A stretch of DNA of 32,720 nucleotides from a virus (lineage: Duplodnaviria; Caudoviricetes), in the IMG/VR virus record IMGVR_UViG_3300032280_000323, positions 1 through 32,720 of that record, one strand, 5' to 3'. The notes beneath the pieces were generated by a model. That model made no database searches. It was not told the DNA's origin and saw only the letters and a list, made by a program, of their open reading frames with translations. The stretch's first letter is position 1. Each line of letters begins with the position of its first letter. Made by a program: the position numbers and the translations under genes. Positions 19,487 to 28,765 of this stretch are shown here, one piece after another.

Positions 19487-20137
19487 CTATAATATTAATA
19501 TGTATTTATTTTCATTTAAATTTTTAATATTATGCATACTTTCATGACCTATATCAAATGCAATACCGATTCTTAAATCACCATCCCATTTTTTGAATTC
19601 ATGTGGAACATAAGATGAAAAAATAGAGATTTCTCCAGGTATGTTTAATATGTCAGTTTTTTCTAAATCATCAGTTCCAATTATATTGGGTTTTACATTT
19701 TGTTTTTTAAAATAATAAGTTGTATATGTTGGTTTACTACTATACAAAAAACAGTGGCCACTTAATGCGTTACTGATTTTTTGTTTATCAGGCAAATTAG
19801 GTAAGTGGGTGTGATATCCAATATAATCACCTTCTCTATAAATATTTGCCCACATTTTTAAATAAAAACTTTCCCATCCGTTTATTTTAAAAACTAATTC
19901 TTTTATTTTTTTAACTATTAAATTAACTTCTTCAAATTCAAATTCAATCAAATTATAGTATGAATGTAATTTAGTAATACTATCCATATTAACATGCTTA
20001 AATGTTGGTATCGTATTATTATTCAAACTTTTAATATATGATTCTTTATTAAGAATTTTTTCGCATAAAGAATCAACATTTAATTCATTAACTAAACATG
20101 ATTCAATAATTGAATATTCGTTTAAAATTTGTGCCAT
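19487..20137 (-). CDS. 2OG-Fe(II) oxygenase (HxH type)
   Basis: MWANIYREGDYIGYHTH...LSGHCFL...IFSSYVPHE...RIGIAFD. Confidence 0.82.
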   Translation of the reverse strand: MAQILNEYSIIESCLVNELNVDSLCEKILNKESYIKSLNNNTIPTFKHVNMDSITKLHSYYNLIEFEFEEVNLIVKKIKELVFKINGWESFYLKMWANIYREGDYIGYHTHLPNLPDKQKISNALSGHCFLYSSKPTYTTYYFKKQNVKPNIIGTDDLEKTDILNIPGEISIFSSYVPHEFKKWDGDLRIGIAFDIGHESMHNIKNLNENKYILIL

Positions 20138-20146
20138 TGTAATTTT

Positions 20147-20596
20147 TTATTTTTTATATCCAATATTTTCAACTAAATCAAATACGACTTTATTCCAATC
20201 TTCAATTTCGACTTTAATAGTATCATAATTTTTTAACATCATACCACTAACTTTATTATAAAACCAATGTGCCGAATTTTTTGGTCTATCTATTTTTTTT
20301 GTAACATATAAATTATATCCAAAAGTTGTTTTCGAATCTATTTCTTTAAACCAAACATAACCTATTGCTCTTGTGTTCATAAAAAGTAAAAATAGATTAT
20401 CACCATTTACTAGTATTCTATTTACAGCGTCTTCTAATGTAAACATATCATCCCACATATATTCTTGATTAAAATATTCTATTAAAAGTTGAATACTATC
20501 TTTGTATGAGTCTAACCAAGTTTTATTGTAAATATGAATTATATTTAAATCAGGTTCTTCTATATAATTTTCTTTATTTAATTCATATTGTTTCAT
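20147..20596 (-). CDS. GNAT-family acetyltransferase-like protein
   Basis: AIGYVWF...YNLYVTK...IKVEIEDWNK...ENIGYK match the GNAT beta-4, motif A and motif B positions. Confidence 0.65.
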   Translation of the reverse strand: MKQYELNKENYIEEPDLNIIHIYNKTWLDSYKDSIQLLIEYFNQEYMWDDMFTLEDAVNRILVNGDNLFLLFMNTRAIGYVWFKEIDSKTTFGYNLYVTKKIDRPKNSAHWFYNKVSGMMLKNYDTIKVEIEDWNKVVFDLVENIGYKK

Positions 20597-21159
20597 TAAA
20601 ATAAAGTTTTTTCTTTTTTTACTTCATCTTTTATTTGAAATCCTAAAGTTAAAGTTATTCTTGGTTTTTCTCCTATTACTGGGATACTACCATGTCTGAC
20701 CCTACCGGCTACACATCTCCATACTAGTCTTTCTTTTAATTCATTAACCTTGCCATTATAAATAGAGTGTCCTCCTTCATATGGATATGATAATATTACA
20801 TTATACCTAATATGCGTATATCCATCTAAATTCGCATCACTATGTAAATGAATAGAACCACCTTCATTATTAATGCCAATTGCATCTTCAAAGTTTGGGT
20901 CTAATATCCAATCATTAATTTTTTCTACTTCAATTACTCTATCTTTTATTTTTTTTACTAAATCTAATGGAGAGTTTTCAATTTTTCGTAATATGCAAAC
21001 TCGTCTAGAACCATATGGGGCATGTATATTATCACTATTTATTGTATTTACTCCGAACAAATGTGAATTAGAATCAGTCCATAATAAAAGTTTTTCTTGT
21101 TCTTCTTTTGTTATAAACTCTTCGTATCCGTATGTATCATTTAAAATTATTTTTTTCAT
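20596..21159 (-). CDS. 2OG-Fe(II) oxygenase
   Basis: GGSIHLHSD...RYNVILS...GG...RHGS...PRITLTLGF (HxD...H...R). Confidence 0.85.
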   Translation of the reverse strand: MKKIILNDTYGYEEFITKEEQEKLLLWTDSNSHLFGVNTINSDNIHAPYGSRRVCILRKIENSPLDLVKKIKDRVIEVEKINDWILDPNFEDAIGINNEGGSIHLHSDANLDGYTHIRYNVILSYPYEGGHSIYNGKVNELKERLVWRCVAGRVRHGSIPVIGEKPRITLTLGFQIKDEVKKEKTLF

Positions 21160-21171
21160 AGTAATGTTTTA

Positions 21172-21855
21172 TTAAAATAAACTCTTTTCCGTTTTAATCA
21201 TTTCAAATCCAACATTCCCGGCCAATACAACTCTATCTATTGTAGAATTTGGTGCACCCATTGGTGCATGTGGCATATTTCCTGGTAATATAATTAAATC
21301 ATCTTCCTCAGGTCTTATCCAATATTCTTTTCCATTCTCACTTTTAAAATATAATACACCATCATCACCATTCATTACATCTGGCATTTGTATATAATAA
21401 ACATATGTATACTGAGGAATAAAATCTTTTAGTTTTTCATTCATAACGGAGTGAGTATGGTATACAACATTTTCCAATTCGCCGGATTGAAAACATTCTT
21501 GTACCGGATTTTCAAAACGAATTACATTTATCCAAGTTTGTAAATTAATTATATTCCATTTTTTATTTTCGGATTTGTATAGTTCATTACATTTATCGAT
21601 TCCAAATTGTACAATAATATCCAAATTTTTTATTTTTTCAATTTTTTCCGTTTTACCAGATAACCATTTTGATACTTTTAGAGCAGGTGTATCATCTAAA
21701 AATTTTACAAAATAAGCAAATGCATCATTTTTACCAATATCTTTATTTAAAGAAATGTGTTTATAACATTCTTTTAATAATTCTATTTTTAAATTTTTTA
21801 AATTTAATTTAGTTTTCCAAATATATGTATCTTTATCAAAATAAATTTTTTTCAT
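21172..21855 (-). CDS. 2OG-Fe(II) oxygenase (HxH type)
   Basis: YHTH...YVYYIQMP...LPGNMPHAP...DRVVLAGN. Confidence 0.82.
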   Translation of the reverse strand: MKKIYFDKDTYIWKTKLNLKNLKIELLKECYKHISLNKDIGKNDAFAYFVKFLDDTPALKVSKWLSGKTEKIEKIKNLDIIVQFGIDKCNELYKSENKKWNIINLQTWINVIRFENPVQECFQSGELENVVYHTHSVMNEKLKDFIPQYTYVYYIQMPDVMNGDDGVLYFKSENGKEYWIRPEEDDLIILPGNMPHAPMGAPNSTIDRVVLAGNVGFEMIKTEKSLF

Positions 21856-21887
21856 AATAATGTTTTTATTTAACGTATATTCTTTTA

Positions 21888-22610
21888 TTAAAACAATGTT
21901 TTTTCTTTTTTAACATTATCAAATGGGCCATATATTTTATCATATTTTTGAATAAATTCATCATCTAATTTTAATTTAGTTTCAAAATGTTGACTTGAAT
22001 TTATTTTCTCCAATTTAAAATCAATATTTAATTCATTGGATACCCATTCTTCTAATTTATTTAATTCCTTAATATCAAACCATATAATATCAGGATTATG
22101 ATTGTGTAAAAATGACATTGGTCTATATAAAATATATAGCATATTAAGAATGTATTTTACGTCTTTTTTAATGTTATATCTTTTTAAAAAATCAAGAACA
22201 ATATCAATATCATCACTTAGTATATCATTTGAATCAAAGAAAAAAATATCATCTACATTTAACTGTTCAAAAATTTTAGCAGTTTCAATTTCATTAGTTC
22301 TATATAATTCATCAACTATATGTTTATATGTAGATATAAATCTATCATATGGGGTTCTTCTGATTGAAATAATAGGTATTTTATTTTTAAATTTCTTCTT
22401 CAACAAATAAATTGATTCATGGGGATGAGTCAATGTATCTGCCATTTCTTCATTTGACATTTTAGAAAAATTAGGAATTATTTCATGTTGATTATCAAAT
22501 TTAGAATTTAAATGATTTACTTTTAAATTATTTTTTAAACAAGATATAAAAAATGAAGTGGATGCACACCTAGGTAAACTTATAAATAAAAATTTTTCAT
22601 TTATTAACAT
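21888..22610 (-). CDS. Sulfotransferase (Sulfotransfer_2-like)
   Basis: 5'-PSB loop FISLPRCASTSF and 3'-PB motif RTPYDRFISTY. Confidence 0.82.
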   Translation of the reverse strand: MLINEKFLFISLPRCASTSFFISCLKNNLKVNHLNSKFDNQHEIIPNFSKMSNEEMADTLTHPHESIYLLKKKFKNKIPIISIRRTPYDRFISTYKHIVDELYRTNEIETAKIFEQLNVDDIFFFDSNDILSDDIDIVLDFLKRYNIKKDVKYILNMLYILYRPMSFLHNHNPDIIWFDIKELNKLEEWVSNELNIDFKLEKINSSQHFETKLKLDDEFIQKYDKIYGPFDNVKKEKTLF

Positions 22611-22644
22611 ATACTTAAAAATTGGTTTTTCTTATTTTTTTCAT

Positions 22645-23331
22645 TTATATTAATGTTTTTATTAGTGGTGTAGTTCTGTGTTTTATAATAGGAATCACAC
22701 ATTGTTTCCAATTTGGGTTAAAATAAAACTTTTTAATTTGTTCGTTTTGTTCCTCAGCGTTTGGTACATCATTTAATTCAAAAATAATTTTATCCAATTC
22801 AAAATCTTTATGAAGAATGTTTATTGTTTTTTCATTTATTGATTCATTTGACCTACTGGCCCAATATGAAAACACGCCTCCTTTACTTAATATGTTTTTT
22901 ATATTTGGTAATAATGTCGTAAAAAATCCGTTATCTGCCCACGTATCAAAATATATCCCATCAAATTTAGGTAAGTCCATTATCACATCTTGCCACTTAG
23001 AAAATATAATTTTTACATTAGGTTTCTTATCCCACCCATCTTGTATCATTTTAGCATATACATCGGGGTGCGCCTCAATAATGGTATGTGATTTAATATC
23101 GTAAGTTTGAATAAAAGTATCAATTATACCCATACCAAATCCAATATTTAAAATATTACCTCCATTTTGGCATATAACTTTAGCAGATTCTTTCATCCAT
23201 TCCGTTTCCCAATCCATCATAACGGCTCTTCCTGATTCATCTAATAGTTTACCATTATCGGTGTATGTTAATTTTTGTTTGAAATAACTTTGACTTACTT
23301 CCATAGCATTGTTATTTTTTAAATTTTTCAT
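22645..23331 (-). CDS. Class I SAM methyltransferase, Rmt2/guanidinoacetate methyltransferase-like
   Basis: VMMDWETEWM, ILNIGFGMGIIDTFIQ, HTIIEAHPDV, KWQDV and FDGIYFDTW are the hallmark motifs of yeast Rmt2/GAMT. The start is probably 23331 or 23304 rather than 23358. Confidence 0.88.
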   Translation of the reverse strand: MKNLKNNNAMEVSQSYFKQKLTYTDNGKLLDESGRAVMMDWETEWMKESAKVICQNGGNILNIGFGMGIIDTFIQTYDIKSHTIIEAHPDVYAKMIQDGWDKKPNVKIIFSKWQDVIMDLPKFDGIYFDTWADNGFFTTLLPNIKNILSKGGVFSYWASRSNESINEKTINILHKDFELDKIIFELNDVPNAEEQNEQIKKFYFNPNWKQCVIPIIKHRTTPLIKTLI

Positions 23332-23332
23332 T

Positions 23333-23851
23333 TTAAAATATTTTAATATTATCATCAAAATTATTTAATATTAATTTAAACGCTATTGTAATTCTCATAT
23401 CATTAAAAGTAATTTTTGGAGATGACCCTCTGTGTAATATATCACTTTTAAATAAAATTCCAGAATTATAAATTGGTAATGATGATTTTATATCTTTATT
23501 TTCATCTATAAAATATGTTTCACCCAATTCACTTGGATTACCTTCATTGAAATAATAAAGAAATGTATAGGCTTTTTCAATTTTTGCATCAGTATGCCAA
23601 TCTCCCTCTTGTCCAAATACATGTCCATTTGCATAAATTCTTAATATATCAAAATTTTGGTTTGTTATTTTTTTAATTTTATTAAAAAAAATTTTATTAA
23701 AAAATGAAATATTAATTAAATCGGTTATAAAAAATTTAGTATGTGAAAAATCTGTACTAGTATGGCCATACTTCCAAAGAGATGTATTTATGATTTTTTT
23801 ACACTCATTTAATTCTTCATTTGATAGTATATTTGAATATTGTTTGAACAT
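23333..23851 (-). CDS. 2OG-Fe(II) oxygenase (prolyl-hydroxylase-like)
   Basis: RIYANGH...WHTD...TFLYY...GET...LHRG...RITIAFK. Confidence 0.87.
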   Translation of the reverse strand: MFKQYSNILSNEELNECKKIINTSLWKYGHTSTDFSHTKFFITDLINISFFNKIFFNKIKKITNQNFDILRIYANGHVFGQEGDWHTDAKIEKAYTFLYYFNEGNPSELGETYFIDENKDIKSSLPIYNSGILFKSDILHRGSSPKITFNDMRITIAFKLILNNFDDNIKIF

Positions 23852-23855
23852 AAAA

Positions 23856-25151
23856 TTATAATAATTTTTTATTTTTACTTTTTAATGTATTTAAATTTAA
23901 TTTAAATTCATTATTTACTAATTTTTCTAAAAAAGTATTTTCAGTATTTATTTTTTCCATCAATAGTTTATGACATTTCTCTACCCACAATATACATAAA
24001 TTTTTATTAATTTCAAAATTTTGCATAAACTTTTTTACAAATTCAACAAACTTTTCTTCATTTCCGTTTATCTCTTTTATCTCTTTATAAAACGGATGTG
24101 ATTCTATTTCTAAAATATGTTGCAATATTTCTAAAGGATAGGGATGGGTTGATATAAAAGGTATTTTTGCAAGAATAAATCCATAAGTTTTTTCTGAGAG
24201 ATAATTTGATGTAAAGTCTCCTTTTTTCCAATCCCAAGTTTCGGATAATATATGTAATTTTGCCATCGGTAAAATACGCATCAAATAATCCAAATAATGT
24301 TCTATGTTTTCAATCCAACTTATATCATCAAAATCATCACCATTATTAATATTATAATTTATGTTATTTTCCAATCGTTTTGAATATAAATTAAATTCTT
24401 TATTTTTACAATTATCTACTCTTGAAAGATATATTCTATTATCATTTAATTTCGCCAACCCATTTATTATAGCAGTTCTATTTCTTTTGTGATATCGCAT
24501 TGAAAAACATAAATCGTATGGTTGATTTAACTTTTCAAATATATTTTTAAATTCATAATACCAACGAATAGATAAAAGTTCGTTCCATTGATGTATTGTA
24601 TTTGTTAAACAAAAGAAATGATTAAGATATTTATCTTTTATTAAATCACTAAAAATTACATTATCTGATATTATGTAATGATTTTTTAATCTATCAATTT
24701 GAACTTCTAAATCCATAACATTTGGATAATCTATACCATCATATTTAATTAAAGATTTTTCAGTTCTTAGTAAAAAAATAAACCAATTTGATTTTTTTTC
24801 TAATGTTTCTGCAATGCATTTCATTATGGGAATGTCATTAATTCCAAATTCTGCACCCCACTTGCCTCTATGTGAAGTATCACCTTCTTTGCGATTTATA
24901 CAATCTATATCTTTTAATTTATCATCTACATTGATTTGTTCTAAACAAGTTAAAAAGTCTAATATATGATGGCCATCGGTATTATCGTTTATTAGTGGGT
25001 CAAATATTAATTCTAAATTATTTTCACCATAATTGCAAAAAATACTACCAACATTATTATTTAATTGATAATCCCTATTAGTTGTTTTATGAAATAATTT
25101 GTAGAATAATGAAATAGAATAATAATGATGTATATAAAATTTAATATTCAT
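23856..25151 (-). CDS. Putative glycosyltransferase (GT10/fucosyltransferase-like motif)
   Basis: ILSET...YLSEKTYGFILAKIPFI resembles the GT10 E-x(n)-Y-x-S/T-E-K...P motif. Confidence 0.5.
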   Translation of the reverse strand: MNIKFYIHHYYSISLFYKLFHKTTNRDYQLNNNVGSIFCNYGENNLELIFDPLINDNTDGHHILDFLTCLEQINVDDKLKDIDCINRKEGDTSHRGKWGAEFGINDIPIMKCIAETLEKKSNWFIFLLRTEKSLIKYDGIDYPNVMDLEVQIDRLKNHYIISDNVIFSDLIKDKYLNHFFCLTNTIHQWNELLSIRWYYEFKNIFEKLNQPYDLCFSMRYHKRNRTAIINGLAKLNDNRIYLSRVDNCKNKEFNLYSKRLENNINYNINNGDDFDDISWIENIEHYLDYLMRILPMAKLHILSETWDWKKGDFTSNYLSEKTYGFILAKIPFISTHPYPLEILQHILEIESHPFYKEIKEINGNEEKFVEFVKKFMQNFEINKNLCILWVEKCHKLLMEKINTENTFLEKLVNNEFKLNLNTLKSKNKKLL

Positions 25152-25153
25152 TA

Positions 25154-25651
25154 CTAAATTATTTTTTTTTGTGAATAACCCCTTTCAGTAAAAAAACAAA
25201 CTAAACTATAACGATGTCCTGTTTCAATTGGTAATACTCTATGTTTTATTTTTGAATCGAGTAAAATTGATAAATTTTTTTTTGGTTTAATTGTATGAAT
25301 TTCATCGGAAATTATGTATTGAAATTCACCACCTATAAAATCATCATTTATGTAAGTAATAAATGTTATATCCGAATGGTCAAAATGAAATAAATTATTT
25401 TTAAAATTATCTTTATCAATATAATTTATAGCCATAAGTTTTAAATTAAATAAATTTTTTTCAAAAACATATGGTATATTATTTAAATAATGTTTTAAAT
25501 TAATGTCGACTTCTTGTGGAGATAACATTATTCTAGAATAATTTCTATCGTTTGTAATTGGTTTGTTTAAAAAATCTTTTTTTTCTAAAATAATTTTTAA
25601 TAAAAATGATATCTCTTCTTCTAATAATATGTTTTCATATACTTTTATCAT
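25154..25651 (-). CDS. 2OG-Fe(II) oxygenase (prolyl-hydroxylase-like)
   Basis: FHFD...TFITYINDDFIGGEF...KHRVLPIETGHRYSLVCF. Confidence 0.88.
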   Translation of the reverse strand: MIKVYENILLEEEISFLLKIILEKKDFLNKPITNDRNYSRIMLSPQEVDINLKHYLNNIPYVFEKNLFNLKLMAINYIDKDNFKNNLFHFDHSDITFITYINDDFIGGEFQYIISDEIHTIKPKKNLSILLDSKIKHRVLPIETGHRYSLVCFFTERGYSQKKII

Positions 25652-26370
25652 ATTATATTTTTTATATTTGTATCGTATGGTCTTTCGAAATTATTATAAA
25701 GCCATTCTATAAAAGTAGTATCTTTAATTATTTTAGTTTTTTCTCTATTTGTAGTATTGTTTATTATTTCAATAACAATATTAGTATTATACCTATTATC
25801 TATGAAATTTTTAAATTTATCCAATTCATTGATATCAAACTCATAATTACATTTACTACTATTTTTATAAAAATTTTGACAAATTAATGAATATGGTTTT
25901 ATAAAAAAGTTTTCTATATTTAGTTTTTCCTTTATAATACTCTGAAAAAATTTGAAATGTTTATTTTCATTTATAGTAAAATCATTGTGAATATCAAAAA
26001 TAATATTTGGAGTAAATAATTTATAAATAAATTCATTATTTATTTCATAAATTGGTATTATAGGAGTGTATCCATTTTGTTCTATTTTCTTCCATATAAA
26101 TTGTATGGCACTTATAAATCTATCAACAAAATTTCTAGTTATACATATTGTTTCTTTGTTTCCCCATTCTTTTATTAAATCATTTTTTTGAATATGTAAA
26201 TGTGAATATTTCTTATTAGGATAATCTATAAATCCTTTATAATGGTTTAAATTATCATATTTAGAAGAATATTGTATATTTAGATTGGTATTATTTAGTG
26301 CCAGATGCACGGAATAACTTGCATTTTTTGGTATGCATACCCATATTAAATTATCGTTAATCAACATCAT
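25648..26370 (-). CDS. Sulfotransferase (Sulfotransfer_2-like)
   Basis: WVCIPKNASYSV (5'-PSB) and RNFVDRFISAI (3'-PB); paralogue of 21888-22610. Confidence 0.82.
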   Translation of the reverse strand: MMLINDNLIWVCIPKNASYSVHLALNNTNLNIQYSSKYDNLNHYKGFIDYPNKKYSHLHIQKNDLIKEWGNKETICITRNFVDRFISAIQFIWKKIEQNGYTPIIPIYEINNEFIYKLFTPNIIFDIHNDFTINENKHFKFFQSIIKEKLNIENFFIKPYSLICQNFYKNSSKCNYEFDINELDKFKNFIDNRYNTNIVIEIINNTTNREKTKIIKDTTFIEWLYNNFERPYDTNIKNII

Positions 26371-26375
26371 TGTAA

Positions 26376-26660
26376 CTATACCATTGTTTTGGTATTTTTT
26401 TGAGTATTTTTAAATACATCAGTATTTTCAACTTCTAACCAATAATGTTTTGGGCAGGCGTCGTATTTTTTAGAAAATATCTTTTTCTTCAAAGGACACC
26501 CACAATCACCACAATACGGGTTACCACTTCTTTCTTGATGACGAATAAATTCACAAGAGTTACAAATTTTTAACCTTGCGTCAGCTAAAATTGTTTGTTC
26601 TTTGGTTGGATTTGCTGCAATAATCCAAGCATTTACTATTTCTGTAACTTTTTTAATCAT
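26376..26660 (-). CDS. Small Cys-rich metal-binding protein (DUF6171-like)
   Basis: RLKICNSC...CGDCGCPL...ACPKHYW. Confidence 0.7.
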   Translation of the reverse strand: MIKKVTEIVNAWIIAANPTKEQTILADARLKICNSCEFIRHQERSGNPYCGDCGCPLKKKIFSKKYDACPKHYWLEVENTDVFKNTQKNTKTMV

Positions 26661-26676
26661 AAATTATTTTTAGTAA

Positions 26677-26826
26677 TTAACTGTGTTTTACTTTTACTGC
26701 ATTTAAAAATAAATTTATTTTATTTTTTAAAACATTCTTAGTATTCGTATCTGTAACTATTTTTTTTCTTTTCATAAAATCTAATATAGATGAGTATGAA
26801 ATATTTTTATTTGTTTCGGTTGCCAT
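26677..26826 (-). CDS. Small basic peptide (49 aa, below the ORF-track cutoff)
   Basis: MATETNKNISYSSILDFMKRKKIVTDTNTKNVLKNKINLFLNAVKVKHS. It starts 4 nt after the polyprotein stop and fills the gap almost exactly. Confidence 0.6.
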   Translation of the reverse strand: MATETNKNISYSSILDFMKRKKIVTDTNTKNVLKNKINLFLNAVKVKHS

Positions 26827-26830
26827 ATTA

Positions 26831-28765
26831 TTATTTTATTTTTTTAAATTCTACATCTATTTTATTATAATCAACTACATATAAATTATCTTCATTTTTA
26901 GATAATGCAGTTTCAAATTCAGTTCCTATCAATTCTTGTGCTATCACACCTCTATATAAACCATCTTCACCTTTATAGTTAAATTCGTATATGTTTAAAC
27001 CATTATTAGATTTACCTATTAAATTTAAATTTTCTTTATAATTTATATCCGATTTTTGGACATTACAATAATCACCTAATCTAAAATCACCTCTCCACCA
27101 AAATGATTCTCCAGCTGATGCTCCACAAAGATGTGAGTTGTTGAAATTAGAAGTTGTTCTATAACACACCCAAGAAAACGTAGGATACACCCATGCATTG
27201 TCACTACATCTATAAAGGCCTGCACTGGAAACAGGTAGATATGACGGACATCTTCCTAATATACAATCATAATCATAGTTGTGTGTTACAATACCATATC
27301 TTTGTTGATTTTGGGTTTCTTCTAATGTTAAAAATAAATCCAATTCTTCAAAATCTAAAACATATCCTGTTAAAAATTCCATTCTAAAATTAATATTTGT
27401 AATTGTTGATTCTATTAAAGTTTCTGTTTGAGAATCAAAAATTAAAATTATATTACCAATATTCAATTTTGAATAAGGTTTAAATAATACAATATCATTA
27501 TCTTTTACCATTATTTTTGCATGTTCTACATCTGTAAATGTAGAATTTGTATCGGTATTAATTGTAACAATAATTCCATAATGTGAAAAACTTTCTTTTG
27601 TAACTAATGCAGAACTACTAATATTATAATTATTTATAGTATCATTGAATGAAGCCGACCAATTATCCTCTATTACATTGGAGGTAGGTAACGTTGAAAA
27701 ATTTATTGATTTAACACTATTGTTTAATTCTAAATCTTTAGCTAACTCAATATTACCATCCGGCAATAAAACTTTAGTTTCAGATGTTGCAGATAATTTA
27801 ACAGCTAACTCATTTGTGTAATTATAAAATTTAGGTACATATCTCAATCTATCCCATTTTTGAACTTGATTGGTATCATCAAAATCTGCATTATTTATAA
27901 TTTCCATCATAGAAGTAGTTTCATTAACTTGTAATTGAAAAATATCTAAATTACCACCAACTACCATATCAATACTTCTATATGATTTTATTCTATCATT
28001 CAATAAATCATCCGTATTATAGATAAATTCTTGTATGTATTCATCTACTTCTAAAGTGGATTTTAAATTATTTAATTCTTCTAATGTAGAAATTTTATAT
28101 AATTTTGGATATATTCTATTATATGATGGGGTGTTTCTTTTTTTAACACAATAGTTTGGATGATTTCCATTATCTCTCAATTCCGCTCCAATAGAATCAA
28201 TTCCCAATTCTGTATCGTTTATATAACATTTTGGAATGGAGTTAGAATCTATATCATACATTAATTTTAAAAACTCCCAATTATCTTTAGCGTATATATC
28301 ATCAATTAAAGCTGTTGTATCATATGATAATCTAATAATTAATTTTTCATCAGCATCTTCTACATATGGAATTGTTACGGAATTTGTATCGGTTTTTAAT
28401 TTTGTAAATGTTATATTTGAACCACTACAAAATGTTTCCAAATAATTAGAAAATTCTAATTTAGATTCTTCCGTTGTATCATATTTAGGTTTACCATTAT
28501 CATCGTATCCGATTATAGCTCTATTATTTTTAAATTCTTCATAATCTATATGTAGAGTAAAATCAGTATCTACACCGGTTGATGATTGATTACAAATCAA
28601 AACTATTTCATTAAAATTACTAGCTGATATAAAATTTTCAAATTCAATTAAATCTACATCATTTACCCATGGGGTAGCTAATGAAATATTAGTATTTGTT
28701 TCTATTGCTTTGAAAGAACCATCGGTATCTTTCATAAAATCAGTTCCTATGATAACTGCTCTCAT
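26831..28765 (-). CDS. Polyprotein: circularly permuted ATP-grasp-like domain + Hint domain + six-Cys peptide + peptidase S74 chaperone
   Basis: aa 1-26 GTDF...IETNTN with later VKKR and EYIQEF (ATP-grasp). aa 325-496 SATSETKVLLPDG...IVTHN (Hint). aa 497-571 Cys-rich. aa 572-644 SDINYKENL...IYEFNY...GVIAQEL...VDY (S74). Confidence 0.75.
   Translation of the reverse strand: MRAVIIGTDFMKDTDGSFKAIETNTNISLATPWVNDVDLIEFENFISASNFNEIVLICNQSSTGVDTDFTLHIDYEEFKNNRAIIGYDDNGKPKYDTTEESKLEFSNYLETFCSGSNITFTKLKTDTNSVTIPYVEDADEKLIIRLSYDTTALIDDIYAKDNWEFLKLMYDIDSNSIPKCYINDTELGIDSIGAELRDNGNHPNYCVKKRNTPSYNRIYPKLYKISTLEELNNLKSTLEVDEYIQEFIYNTDDLLNDRIKSYRSIDMVVGGNLDIFQLQVNETTSMMEIINNADFDDTNQVQKWDRLRYVPKFYNYTNELAVKLSATSETKVLLPDGNIELAKDLELNNSVKSINFSTLPTSNVIEDNWSASFNDTINNYNISSSALVTKESFSHYGIIVTINTDTNSTFTDVEHAKIMVKDNDIVLFKPYSKLNIGNIILIFDSQTETLIESTITNINFRMEFLTGYVLDFEELDLFLTLEETQNQQRYGIVTHNYDYDCILGRCPSYLPVSSAGLYRCSDNAWVYPTFSWVCYRTTSNFNNSHLCGASAGESFWWRGDFRLGDYCNVQKSDINYKENLNLIGKSNNGLNIYEFNYKGEDGLYRGVIAQELIGTEFETALSKNEDNLYVVDYNKIDVEFKKIK

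Noticed and set aside
22615-22644. Nine-codon mini-ORF MKKIRKTNF between the methyltransferase and the sulfotransferase
   Set aside because: Too short to support as a gene; it may be a remnant or a translational-coupling spacer.
19487-25651. 2OG oxygenases as TET/JBP DNA-modifying enzymes
   Set aside because: The motifs resemble prolyl-hydroxylase-like and HxH-type oxygenases, and no DNA methyltransferase or nucleotide kinase is adjacent. This is not formally excluded without a profile search.
27278-27793. Hint domain interpreted as a mobile, splicing intein
   Set aside because: There is no homing endonuclease, the residue after His-Asn is Tyr rather than Cys/Ser/Thr, and the TxxH block is degenerate. 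Cleavage is therefore more plausible than splicing.
26831-28765. Annotation as an ordinary tail fibre because of the S74 domain
   Set aside because: No fibre or beta-helix repeats precede the chaperone; only 75 aa separate it from a Hint domain, and the N-terminus is enzyme-like.
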